Assembly (NCBI GenBank): GCA_964016885.1
Contig: OZ024743.1
Coordinates: 183,954,001 to 184,018,000, forward strand
Source: Eledone cirrhosa
Lineage: Eukaryota
DNA length: 64,000 nt
Direction of reading: 5' to 3'
Shown in pieces: positions 14,970 through 27,299 of the stretch (position 1 is the first letter of the stretch; each line of letters begins with the position of its first letter). Made by a program: the position numbers and the translations under genes. The notes under the pieces are model-generated. The model ran no database searches. It was given only the letters and a program-made list of their open reading frames with translations, and was not told where the DNA came from.

Positions 14970-15027
14970 GATCACTGGACTTTTTCTTTGCTTTATATAT
15001 ATAAAGCAAAGAAAAAATCCAGTGATC
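14970..15027. repeat. 58-bp loopless palindrome with one mismatch
   Basis: GATCACTGGACTTTTTCTTTGCTTTATAT|ATATAAAGCAAAGAAAAAATCCAGTGATC. Confidence 0.9.
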
Positions 15028-15212
15028 CAATTTCAGGAGAATCCAACGAATTTGAGCAGTTCAAGCATTGATGGTTGATGGAATATGCACATGTATTTTT
15101 TGCCCCCATTCTGAAAGATAAAACCTCATAAAATGTAAAGGTTTTTTTGAAGGTGTATGCCTAACTACCATATATGTGCGTGTGCATGCGCGCGCGTATG
15201 TATGTATGTACA

Positions 15213-15248
<36 letters not shown>

Positions 15249-15380
15249 AATATATATATGGCAGTGTGGTGGTTAGAAGCTCAATAAGTAACTAAGGTCC
15301 GATACATTGAAACATTCATTTTCCTTTTCCAACAAGCATGAAACTAATGGGACTGTTATTGTATCTCTGTGTTCTTATGT

Positions 15381-15453
<73 letters not shown>

Positions 15454-15755
15454 ATATATAGGATATATATATGCTAGGCTCCTGCAGTTTCTGCCTACTG
15501 AATTTCACACACACACTGCATTAGTTAACCCAAGGATATAATAGAAGATACTTGCACAAGGTGCTGCATAGTAGGAAAGAACCCAAAACCATGTGGTTGT
15601 GACGCAAACTCCTTAACAATACAGTCATGCCTGCCTCTATATGATCACATTATATAAACTATACACACTTTGTTAGATGTTTGATACCATATTGATTCCA
15701 TCACTACTAGATCTCTTAAGATGTATAAAATAATTATTGCAATTTCAAACCTTAC

Positions 15756-15930
15756 CTGCACGAACACGCAACTGTCTCAGACGCACTGGTCCCACACGGT
15801 AACCTGCTCCACATGACAGCATTTGGTAGTCTTGTGGGGTAGCATTTTTACCATTAATCAAAGTAGATGTATAAGTCTGTGGTACAACAACCGTCTTAGT
15901 CCAGTTCCAGAACTGTTTATACTGAATGAC
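15756..15930 (-). CDS. Polycystin-1-like gene exon (absent from the ORF track)
   Basis: AG at 15932-15931, GTAAG at 15755; encodes VIQYKQFWNWTK...GYRVGPVRLRQLRV (conserved RLRQLRV motif); phase 0/1 fits both neighbouring exons. Confidence 0.9.
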
Positions 15931-16379
15931 CTAAAGTAAATAAATATATATATATAAATATACATAACTCATAGGAGTTATGTATATATATATATATAAA
16001 TGTACATAACTCATAGGAGTTATGGACCTGACTCCAGTATCAATCTGCGTGTCAGACTGGTGATGTGACAAAAATATACTCCTATGGGTTATCTTGAACC
16101 AATCCTCTGCGAAACGCGCATAACAGCATAACGCATACACAATAAATATTTTCATATGTAAATGAAACTTCCCTGTTTTTTCCATTATATACACTCTGCC
16201 TACGCATAGAGTGTTTGATTTGGCACCAACACCAGTATTTCACTGTACTACCCACACTATATATCATCATCATCATCATTTAACGTCCATTTTTCCATGC
16301 TAGTATGGGCTAGACGAGCTGTCTGATTGTTTTTTGTTGACCCCCAGAAAGTCATCATTTTCACCCACCACTAACCCTC

Positions 16380-17653
16380 TATAGAACACCAAGGTGGAGT
16401 CACAAACAATCATACTGCCTGATTGGATGAGGGCTGTTACCACCTGAAGATATTCCAGTCTCCAAAATGCTCCCTCTTGATCTTTGCTTGACCCAAGATT
16501 GCAGCTCCATCAAGGAGATGGGCTGTGGAAAAATGTGTCTAGCAAATGGTGGCCACACCTGTTCACTGTCAAGTAAGAGTTGGAGATCTCGTAGCCTCAG
16601 GACATGTTTGCACATCATCAGCCATGGCATGCCCAGTCCACTATACAGTGGGTGTTGACAGCCTGACCAGTGGAACCTTCCACAAAAAGCAAAGAGTAGC
16701 CACTCCTGTGTAGTCAAACGTGGACCAGTGCAAGACACGATATTCAGGGGGTAGTAAATGATGGACACAATACACGCATTTGCCACCTCTGCTCGACCAT
16801 TCAAAGTTAGCTTCCTCTCAGCCCATTTCTAGGTGAGAGAGACCACCCTGCTCATTACCTCATCCCAGTGTTTGTCCATCTGGAGGTCTGGACCAAACCA
16901 GACCTCTGATAATTTAACTGGTCTGTCCATCTAGTGCCTGACAACACAGCACGGACTTGCCTCTCCAGATGCCAAGCTACAGACACCAACTTTTCCTGGT
17001 TAATGTTTGCTCCTGCTACCATTTCATACTGCCTAAGAGTGGTACCGATCATTTCAATGTCTTTGGTATTTGACACCACTACTGATCTCCCACATCTTAG
17101 TTTGCATATGATGCCTCTCAATATCTCCAATTTCTATAGTATTGGTTTGAGAGTCAATACATACAAGAGAGACGAGATAGGGTAACCTTGGTGAACCAAG
17201 CACATGATGTTGAATAGTTCTGAAAGGTGACCATTCACTCTAACCACAGAGTAGATGTTGCTGTGCATAGTAGAGATCCAGCCTCTGAAAACAGGCCTAA
17301 ACCTGGTTGCTTTGAGAACTGCTGCCAGGTAATGATGGTTGACCCTATCAAAAGCTTTTGATTGATCTAAGTTGATCAGAGCCCCACCTATGCCAAGTCC
17401 CTTAGCCACCCTCTCTATGATGTATTTATTGTCATAGATGGATCTGTTTGAGATACCCCATCAAACCACTGATGACAAGCACCAACCTCGTTGCTAACAC
17501 TTTGGCCAAAATTTTAAACTCTTCATTAAGAGTTATTGGCCTAAAATTATCCATATAGTCCCCCTAGTTCAGGTCGTTTCTCAGCAGCACCACCGCTCCA
17601 TGGCTCATGGAACTGGGAATTCTCCCAGTTGCAGCATACGTCCTCCAAGAGGT
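16380..17653 (-). mobile_element. Decayed L1/Tx1-like LINE RT, 3' part (split by the Gypsy element)
   Basis: LINLDQSKAFDRVNH, VHQGYPISSLLY and GANINQEK motifs; same family as 7950-12272. Confidence 0.8.
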
Positions 17654-19572
17654 TTTAGTAAATGGTATTAGTACAGATATTATTATAACAGTTGTTGTTG
17701 GAAGAATAAGAATGGTTGATTTACTTTTTATACAAAGGTTTACTTCATTGAAGTCAAAATAGAACAATAAACATATTACCAATGAGTTACGAAAGTTATC
17801 AATGTTATCTGTGTAGTTGGTTCATGAGGTTGTTAGTTTGAGAGTTGCTCTTGGCATGATGTTATCTGTGTAGTTGGTTCATGAGGTTGTTAGTTTGAGA
17901 GTTGCTCTTGGCATGATGTTATCTGTGTAGTTGGTTCATGAGGTTGTTAGTTTGAGAGTTACTCTTGGCATGATGTTATCTGTGTAGTTGGTTCATGAGG
18001 TTGTTAGTTTGAGAGTTGCTCTTGGCATGGTGTTATCTGTGTAGTTGGTTCATGAGGTTGTTAGTTTGAGAGTTGCTCTTGGCATGGTGTTATCTGTGTA
18101 GTTGGTTCATGAGGCCATTAGTGAGAGAGTTGCTCTTGGCATGATGTTATCTGTGTAGTTGGTTCATGAGGTTGTTAGTGAGAGAGTTGCTCTTGGCATG
18201 ATGTTATCTGTGTAGTTGGTTCATGAGGTTGTTAGTGAGAGAGTTGCTCTTGGCATGATGTTATCTGTGTAGTTGGTTCATGAGGTTGTTAGTGAGAGAG
18301 TTGCTCTTGGCATGGTGTTATCTGTGTAGTTGGTTCATGAGGTTGCTAGTGAGAGAGTTGCTCTTGGCATGATGTTATCTGTGTAGTTGGTTCATGAGGT
18401 TGTTAGTGAGAGAGTTGCTCTTGGCATGATGTTATCTGTGTAGTTGGTTCATGAGGTTGTTAGTGAGAGAGTTGCTCTTGGCATGATGTTATCTGTGTAG
18501 TTGGTTCATGAGGTTGTTAGTGAGAGAGTTGCTCTTGGCATGATGTTATCTGTGTAGTTGGTTCATGAGGTTGTTAGTGAGAGAGTTGCTCTTGGCATGG
18601 TGTTATCTGTGTAGTTGGTTCATGAGGTTGGTAGTGAGAGAGTTGCTCTTGGCATGATGTTATCTGTGTAGTTGGTTCATGAGGTTGTTAGTGAGAGAGT
18701 TGCTCTTGGCATGATGTTATCTGTGTAGTTGGTTCATGAGGTTGCTAGTGAGAGAGTTGCTCTTGGCATGATGTTATCTGTGTAGTTGGTTCATGAGGCC
18801 ATTAGTGAGAGAGTTGCTCTTGGCATGATGTTATCTGTGTAGTTGGTTCATGAGGTTGGTAGTGAGAGAGTTGCTCTTGGCATGATGTTATCTGTGTAGT
18901 TGGTTCATGAGGTTGCTAGTGAGAGAGTTGCTCTTGGCATGATGTTATCTGTGTAGTTGGTTCATGAGGTTGCTAGTGAGAGAGTTGCTCTTGGCATGAT
19001 GTTATCTGTGTAGTTGGTTCATGAGGTTGCTAGTGAGAGAGTTGCTCTTGGCATGATGTTATCTGTGTAGTTGGTTCATGAGGTTGCTAGTGAGAGAGTT
19101 GCTCTTGGCATGATGTTATCTGTGTAGTTGGTTCATGAGGTTGGTAGTGAGAGAGTTGCTCTTGGCATGATGTTATCTGTGTAGTTGGTTCATGAGGTTG
19201 CTAGTGAGAGAGTTGCTCTTGGCATGATGTTATCTGTGTAGTTGGTTCATGAGGTTGCTAGTGAGAGAGTTGCTCTTGGCATGATGTTATCTGTGTAGTT
19301 GGTTCATGAGGTTGCTAGTGAGAGAGTTGCTCTTGGCATGTTCACGTCACATGTTGTGGGTGAACTCTGAAGTGGAGTAGGCGAAGTCGCATCCGTTCTC
19401 CAGGGCTGCTGCGGATGTAAGAAAGAGGAAGAGCGTTCTCGCTGTCTCAATATACAGTCCCCATGGGGATGTAACTCTCATTACTTCTGAGTTCTCGACG
19501 CTAGGGGTCACTACAGTCCCCAAGGGACGTAACTCTCATTACTTCTGGATTTCACCGCTAGGGGTCACTACA
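17654..19572 (-). repeat. 3' LTR, 1919 bp, with about 27 x 57-bp units at 17802-19340
   Basis: Matches 24111-25801; begins TGTAGT on the minus strand, preceded by the purine tract GGAGGAGGG. Confidence 0.92.
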
Positions 19573-19818
19573 ATACCCTCCTCCAGACGAGAGGCGAAAA
19601 GCCCAAAGGTATGAAACAAATAATCAAAAATAAAAAGGTACATGCATACATAATACAAAGAAAAAGAAAAGAGAAAAGGTTCCATAGTGGCCAGTTCATA
19701 TAAAGACTGTCTGACAGAGTCTTTTGGGCCAGTGGACTCTTCGACCAGAACAGGTCGTGGTCTTGTATGTAGGTGAAGGTGGGGCAGAAGGAGCAGGTGT
19801 ATGCACAATAGAGAAAGA

Positions 19819-20865
19819 TTAGGATATTTGTGGCTCGGGTGTATGAGCGTCAGTGTATGCCCTTTTTAGTCTATCCACCGAAATTGTCTCTCTGGATCGC
19901 TTAATGTCTACAGTGGAATGTTTGTCAGTACGTGCTAACACATGGTAGGGTCCAGAGTACGGTTGTGTGAGAGGTGGGCTAACAGCGTCATTCCTGACAA
20001 AGACATGTGTCCACGAGGCAATATCCCTCGGGACTGCAGTTTTAATAGTTTGTTTCCTAGTATCCATAGGCGGTAAGTCCTGAAAATAGGAGTGCAAACG
20101 AGATACGTAGGAAAGAGGGTCCTGAAAAGCAAGATCAACAGGGGCAAGCATTTGCCCAGGCAACGCTAGAGGAGCACCATTCAATAATTCGGCCGGGGAG
20201 AACCCAAGGTCCTCCAATATTGATGACCGAATTCCTAACAACACAATAGGAAGGTACTTGCTCCAACGTAGAGAGTCTGGATAGGCACGAAAAGCGGCCT
20301 TTAATTGGCGGTGAAAACGTTCCACCATTACGTTTGAAGCAGGATGGTAAGATGTGGTCCGAATGCGTTGAGCACCAATAATTTTTGTCAGCTCTGAGTA
20401 AAGATGAAATTCAAATTGCCTACCATGGTCTGTGGTAATTGTGGTTGGCATGCCATAGCGGGCAATCCATCCCGATACCAGGGCACGCGCTATCGTCTCG
20501 GCAGTAATGGCCTTTAAGGGGATGGCTTCAGGCCATCGCGAAAAACGATCAATACAGGTCAAAAGGTAAGAATATCCACTACTGAATGGCCAAGGTCCAA
20601 CGATATCGATGTGGATGTGTTGAAAACGAGCATCCGGGGTACTGAAAGTCCCAATTGGAGTCCGGATGTGTCTGTGGACTTTAGATTTTTGACACTGTAT
20701 GCAGGAACAGCACCAGGCAGTAATATCTCGCCTCATATTTGGCCAGAAAAATCTAGCCGTTCTGAGCTTTACTGTGGCTGAAGATCCTGGGTGAGAAATG
20801 CTATGCAAAGCAAGGAACACAATTTGACGGTGAGTCTCAGGAACATAAGGTCGTGGTGAATCCAT
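19819..20865 (-). pseudogene. Gypsy integrase
   Basis: HHCC motif, HIDIVGP, TTDHGRQF, VERFHRQLK and GPY module. Confidence 0.92.
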
Positions 20866-20904
20866 AGATACGGCGCAGAGGATCTGCCTGTCAGTAGTCG
20901 ACTT

Positions 20905-22395
20905 TCAGGCCGCAAGTCGCAAATATTTCAGGCTGCAAGTCGCAAATTCGGCTGATTGAGTATCCAACGATTCGAGTGCGGGTTGGTCTGATGCCAAACG
21001 ACTTAAATCTATCTCCTGGGATGACGAAATCGAGCTGATTGGCAAGTGTGACAAGGCGTCTGCAGCTGTATTTAGTGAGCCAACAATGTGCTGTATATCA
21101 TTTGTAAACTGTGAAATGTAATCCAGGTGCCTTGTCTCTCTGTGCGAATATTTGTCGGCTTTAGCCCTCAAAGCTAATGTCAGAGGTTTGCGGTCAGTGA
21201 AAACCGTAAAATTTCTCCCCTCAAGAATATGAGAAAAATGTTTCAATGACAGATATATGGCTAATAACTCCCGACCAAACGTGCTGTAAGGAATTTCTGC
21301 TGGTTTCAGCTTCCTGGAGAAAAATGCCAAATGTTGTTGGTTTTCAGCGTGATACTGTTGTAAGACTGCTCCCACAGCGGTATCAGATGCATCAACACAA
21401 AGCGAAAGCTTGGCCTCTGGTACTGGGTGGGCTAGCAAAGATGAATTAGCAAGTGCTGTCTTGGCAGTCTGGAAATCTTCGAGTTGTCCTTCTGTCAAGA
21501 AAATATCCTCATTCTTCTCACGACGATTTTTCAAAATCTCGGTAAGGGAAAACAGTAATTTTGCACATCGAGAAACGAAACGTCTATAAAAATTGATTAG
21601 GCCTAGGAAGTGACGTAACTGGTGAAGTGTAGTAGGTGGAGGTAAATCCTGTATAGCCTTAACTCGCTGCAGAAGGGATCGAATATCCTCGGCGTCGATG
21701 ATGTGACCTAAAACATTCAGTGAAGCGGATCCGAAAACACACTTTGTGGGATTCACTCAAACGTGGTAATCCTGGAGTCGGTGAAATAAAAGGTTCAGGT
21801 GACACATCTGCTCTTCTGGAGAGGAACTAGCGACGAGAAGATCATCTATATATGCATAAACGAAGTCCAGACCACGAGTGACCTCGTCTATGAACCGCTT
21901 AAAAGTGCTAGTGGCATTCCTGAGTCCGAAAGGCATGGTAAAAAACTCGAAGGATCCGAAAGGAGTCGTAATAGATGTTTTCGGAATGACTTCCTTCCTG
22001 ACCGGAATTTGGTGGTAAGCTCGCACTATATCTAGTTTTGAGAAAATCTTACAACCCTGCAACGAAGATGCAAAATCCTGGAGGTGGGGAATCAGATATC
22101 TATCCGGGACGGTCATCGCGTTTAACCTCCTATAATCCCCAGTGGGTCTCCAGTCACCAGAAGTCTTGGGCACCATATGTAACGGTGAACCCCAAGGACT
22201 CGTAGATGGGCGAATAATGCCCAGCTGCAGCATATGGTTGAACTCGGACCATGTTGCCTTTAACTTGTCCACCGGTAAACGACGTGGATGAGAAAATACT
22301 GGAGGACCGGTTGTGGAAATAAAATGTTTGGTTGAGTGAGTTGGTTCAGTAACTCGAAAATTTGCATCAGTGAGCTCCGGGAACGATCTTAACAA
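20905..22395 (-). pseudogene. Gypsy reverse transcriptase and RNase H (interrupted near 21757)
   Basis: [31 protein letters not shown] and TAADALS motifs. Confidence 0.92.
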
Positions 22396-23620
22396 CGAAT
22401 GGTAGGCGTCTCCAGCGGCAGCGATGAAGAATATTGGGCTGATCGCTGGAGCATTGGCTTTTCAGCCACAATTGAGAAACCGGTGATGTCATTCACCTGA
22501 CATTGGCCTCGGACATCCACAGTCAAGGAGAAATTGTGGAGGAAATCCACTTTTAAGATTGGGTATGGCAAGTCAGCGACCGTAAAATCCATTTAAAATC
22601 CCTACGAAGATTTTGGAATTTGAGGGGAAGCGAGATTTGTCTGTAGGCGAGTGGTTAACGGCTTCAGAGTAACGGATGACTCCACGGGGGTATCCTTTAG
22701 GCAATGGACTGGCCAAATACTACAGGAGGCTCCTGTATCCACGAGGAAGCCTCTTCCAGACAGGAGGTCCTTGATGAAGAAGTGGCGGTTTGGGAGCTTT
22801 ACGCTGAGGTCGACTGCCGCCCTCAGTGAACCTCTCTGGCGTTTCCCGACTTCACAAACGAACAAGGCTGCAAACAGTGGTTCGCGTTCTCAGCAAAACG
22901 CTTGTTGTATCAGCATAAAGATGAAGCTGGTGACCTGGGGCGGTTTCTGAAAGAGTAAGATCTACCGCGGCTGCGCGAACGAGCACCACTAGAGGCCTTC
23001 AGCTTTTGTAGCTCCAGGGTGAGTTCCAGAATGGCTTTCTGTATAGCCATTATAGCTGCGCTGTCTGCATGAGTTGTCGCGCAGGTGGCATGGCCAGGTG
23101 TGGCTCGAGCTTGGTGAGAAACAGCGGCAAGGGCCTCGCTGCCTCCAGCACACGTGACCTCAAAAACTTTGTCCGCAGAGGTGACCAGTTGGTCCACAGA
23201 ACATGTATCCCTAATGGGAGCCAAAATTGCTCGAATGTTGGTCGGTAGCCGTGAGAAAAACAACTGCTTCAACAACGCAGTTTCCGCTGCCGACCCCACT
23301 GTTAGGTCTTTCATTCGACGTAAGAGGTTCGATGGAGTGCCATCCTCGATATGGTCCAAATGGACCAGAGCTCGAAAGCGTTTCTCGGCGGACTCTGCAG
23401 TCCGGCCGAGTATCTCAGCCTTCAACGACTGGTAAGTAGCGTCAGTCAGTGTCTCCAATACGAGATCCTTAATAACTGGGAGAAGTGCCGGATGAAAGGC
23501 ACTAAGGATGAGGGGACGTTGCTGTGCCTCGGCGATGTTGTTAGCCTCGAAAAATGCTTCCATTTGAACGAACCATAACTTGCGTCGCCTGTATAAGTAG
23601 GGAGAATAGAATGAGATGCC
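22389..23620 (-). pseudogene. Gypsy gag and aspartic protease (frameshifted)
   Basis: Gag-like LKQLFFSRLP; protease FLVDTGAS; ILKVDFL (ILGxDFL-like). Confidence 0.85.
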
Positions 23621-24092
23621 ATTGGTGCAATCTTAGTAAGCGGCGAAATGCGTCTCCGTATAGAAAAATATCTCGGACACAAGGGAAAAAGAAAATAAAT
23701 CCACTTGTTCTTTTTCTGTCAAACAACCGGACAGGAAAAAGAATGCATCTGAAATAATGTGTAAGGGAGCGACTAATCAAACAATGGCATTAACAATACA
23801 TTTACAGAGAACCTAAATCAAAAACCAACATGGCACATGGTTTCGCGCCCCAAAAAATCTTTTGAAGAAGAAAGCAGCCATCTTGACATCTTCACAAATT
23901 TGAGCAAGGGAAAGAAAAAAAATATATATTTACATAATTGTTCTTAAAAAAAAGTTCAGTTTTCTCTTCCTTATGTGATCGGTAAATGAAGCCATATCAG
24001 AATCAAAAAGCGTGTTGTTTTCTATTAAATTTTTTATAATACCACTCCGTATTTTTTTTTTCAAATTTTTTTTTAAAAGGAACATTTAGTTT

Positions 24093-24109
24093 CCACGGCT
24101 GGGTCACCA
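24093..24109 (-). promoter_or_regulatory. Primer-binding site, tRNA-Trp-like
   Basis: TGGTGACCCAGCCGTGG lies 1 nt after the 5' LTR and resembles the TGGTGACCCCGACGTGA Trp-type PBS. Confidence 0.7.
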
Positions 24110-24110
24110 C

Positions 24111-25801
24111 TTTAATAAATGGTATTAGCACAGATATTATTATAACAGTTGTTGTTGGAAGAATAAGAATGGCTGATTTACTTTTTATACAAAGGTTTAC
24201 TTAATTGAAGTCAAAATAGAACAATAGACATATTACCAATGGGTTACGAAAGTTATCAATGTTATCTGTGTAGTTGGTTCATGAGGTTGTTAGTGAGAGA
24301 GTTGCTCTTGGCATGATGTTATCTGTGTAGTTGGTTCATGAGGTTGGTAGTGAGAGAGTTGCTCTTGGCAGGATGTTATCTGTGTAGTTGGTTCATGAGG
24401 TTGGTAGTGAGAGAGTTGCTCTTGGCATGATGTTATCTGTGTAGTTGGTTCATGAGGTTGCTAGTGAGAGAGTTGCTCTTGGCATGGTGTTATCTGTGTA
24501 GTTGGTTCATGAGGTTGGTAGTGAGAGAGTTGCTCTTGGCATGATGTTATCTGTGTAGTTGGTTCATGAGGTTGTTAGTGAGAGAGTTGCTCTTGGCATG
24601 ATGTTATCTGTGTAGTTGGTTCATGAGGTTGGTAGTGAGAGAGTTGCTCTTGGCATGATGTTATCTGTGTAGTTGGTTCATGAGGCCATTAGTGAGAGAG
24701 TTGCTCTTGGCATGATGTTATCTGTGTAGTTGGTTCATGAGGTTGTTAGTGAGAGAGTTGCTCTTGGCATGATGTTATCTGTGTAGTTGGTTCATGAGGC
24801 CATTAGTGAGAGAGTTGCTCTTGGCATGGTGTTATCTGTGTAGTTGGTTCATGAGGTTGCTAGTGAGAGAGTTGCTCTTGGCATGATGTTATCTGTGTAG
24901 TTGGTTCATGAGGCCATTAGTGAGAGAGTTGCTCTTGGCATGGTGTTATCTGTGTAGTTGGTTCATGAGGTTCCTAGTGAGAGAGTTGCTCTTGGCATGA
25001 TGTTATCTGTGTAGTTGGTTCATGAGGCCATTAGTGAGAGAGTTGCTCTTGGCATGGTGTTATCTGTGTAGTTGGTTCATGAGGTTCCTAGTGAGAGAGT
25101 TGCTCTTGGCATGATGTTATCTGTGTAGTTGGTTCATGAGGTTGCTAGTGAGAGAGTTGCTCTTGGCATGATGTTATCTGTGTAGTTGGTTCATGAGGCC
25201 ATTAGTGAGAGAGTTGCTCTTGGCATGGTGTTATCTGTGTAGTTGGTTCATGAGGTTGCTAGTGAGAGAGTTGCTCTTGGCATGATGTTATCTGTGTAGT
25301 TGGTTCATGAGGTTGCTAGTGAGAGAGTTGCTCTTGGCATGATGTTATCTGTGTAGTTGGTTCATGAGGTTGTTAGTGAGAGAGTTGCTCTTGGCATGAT
25401 GTTATCTGTGTAGTTGGTTCATGAGGTTGGTAGTGAGAGAGTTGCTCTTGGCATGATGTTATCTGTGTAGTTGGTTCATGAGGTTGTTAGTGAGAGAGTT
25501 GCTCTTGGCATGATGTTATCTGTGTAGTTGGTTCATGAGGTTGCTAGTGAGAGAGTTGCTCTTGGCATGTTCACGTCACATGTTGTGGGTGAACTCTGAA
25601 GTGGAGTAGGCACAGTCGCATCCGTTCTCCAGGGCTGCTGCGGATGCACAAGAGAGGAAGAGCCCTCTCGCTGCCTCAATATATAGTCCTCATGGGGATG
25701 TAACTCTCATTACTTCTGAGTTCTCGATGCTAGGGGTCACTACAGTCCCCAAGGGACGTAACTCTCATTACTTCTGGATATCACCGCTAGGAGTCACTTC
25801 A
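24111..25801 (-). repeat. 5' LTR, 1691 bp, with about 23 x 57-bp units at 24259-25569
   Basis: Direct repeat of 17654-19572, 228 bp (4 units) shorter. Confidence 0.92.
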
Positions 25802-26210
25802 AAGTCACTGAATAAGTTTAGTATGTAAGGGAGACCATCTAAACCAGACAATTCCTCCAGTCATCGCCTCCTGTATTTCAGCAGCAGTTATTGGTTTTTC
25901 ACAATACTCCACCTCTGTGGCCGAGTGCTGTGGCAGGCTGTTGATGTAGGTACTAAAGTCCATCTCCTGATCTGGCCCACCACCACTGCCAAACAGTTGA
26001 GCGAAGTGCTGCTGAAAATCCGCACTCTTCTGCTTGGGATTGAGTAACATGCGCCCCTTATGGTTTGCCGAAGACTGGATTGTTGCTTTGTTGCCACATC
26101 ATGCCTCTGTCACTCAGGCCCATCGAAAAAGCTTTCATCCCTTTGTGTCTAAGAGCACGTGCCCTGGTTCTGATAATGCAGCTTTCGTACCTTGCATTGA
26201 AGAATGTGTG
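25802..26210 (-). mobile_element. Decayed L1/Tx1-like LINE, 5' part of the copy split by the Gypsy element
   Basis: FQQHFAQLFG...PITAAEIQEAM matches 11492-12013 and joins 17653 once the Gypsy element is removed. Confidence 0.82.
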
Positions 26211-26759
26211 CACATGTGTTTCATTTGAAAGCTACCATAATGTGGATTGGATAACAATGATATTGAGGTGTTCCCTTGCAGTTCTTTATAGGTCCTTATA
26301 TATTTGGGATAAGAAGAAACTTGTTTGATGTATATTTTTTTATCACTCTTAAGTTGCCCACTTTTTCTTTTCTCTTTCTTTTTTTTTTTTGTTATTCATA
26401 AATAAATATTTAATGTTCATAAATTAATTATTAACCCTTTTATGAATTTATTTTTAATGAAATATATGCCATTTCAGTTAATTGATGAAGAATTTTAAGT
26501 GAGTTACTAAAATTATTGAATACTAACTTTATTTATTGTTCTTCTATAAAATTAAGTTGGAAGATTATAATTCAAATTGGTACTCTTTAAAATGAGTGGC
26601 TTTGTTTCATCGAACCAAAGCTGGCTTTGGTTGGGTTGATATCAAAAGAATTAATATCAAATCAATTATTCACCTGCTTTGACTACAAGAAATAAAAAAC
26701 GAAACTTATGCTAGGTCAAACAAAATCTATATAAAAAATAAGCGACAACCGTTTCTCAC

Positions 26760-26986
26760 CTTCGGCAAGTGTTTTGCTTGAAGAACATTTAGCAGTGTGT
26801 CCTTGATGATGTATGAACGTGGATCTTGGTTGTTATATGATATAATAATTAGGAGACTCAAATAGAACAGGTAAAAACATATGTCTTTTATGAGACCCAT
26901 CATCTTGATTTCCTGCAGTCGATCTTTGCGCACTTTTTCTAGTGCATCCTTATTTGGAGTATTAACTAGTGTTGTGTTTAGTGAGG
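26760..26986 (-). CDS. Polycystin-1-like gene exon (TM entering the channel domain)
   Basis: AG at 26988-26987, GTGAG at 26759; encodes IKDICFYLFYLSLLIIISYNNQD; phase 1/0. Confidence 0.9.
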
Positions 26987-27299
26987 CTGAAAAAAAGAAG
27001 TAACAAGAAGGTGAATAATAACTTATGTTTGTTCTAGAGAACCATTAAAAAAAAAAATTCAGCTTTAATTATTAACTAATCAACAAATGAAATAAGGGTA
27101 GTAGAATTGATTGTTATTTTGTTATTCATTTATTTATTTATTTATTTCAGTCATTAGGTTGCGGCCATGCTGGGGCACCACATTGAAATGGTTAATCATA
27201 TCGACACTAGTACATATTTTTTCAAGTATGCTATACTTATTTTATCAGTATAATTTTATCGAATTGTTAAGTTATGAGACAAACAGTAAATATAAACAG

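Larger units (their letters stand above)
17654..25801 (-). mobile_element. Full-length Ty3/Gypsy LTR retrotransposon with disrupted ORFs
   Basis: Two LTRs; order gag-PR-RT-RNaseH-IN; PBS and PPT present; 4-bp TSD AGGT (17650-17653) / AAGT (25802-25805). Confidence 0.95.

Noticed and set aside
17802-25569. 57-bp arrays as CRISPR-like repeats flanking an RT/integrase
   Set aside because: The units are contiguous with only a 4-nt variable site, and they lie inside ordinary LTRs.
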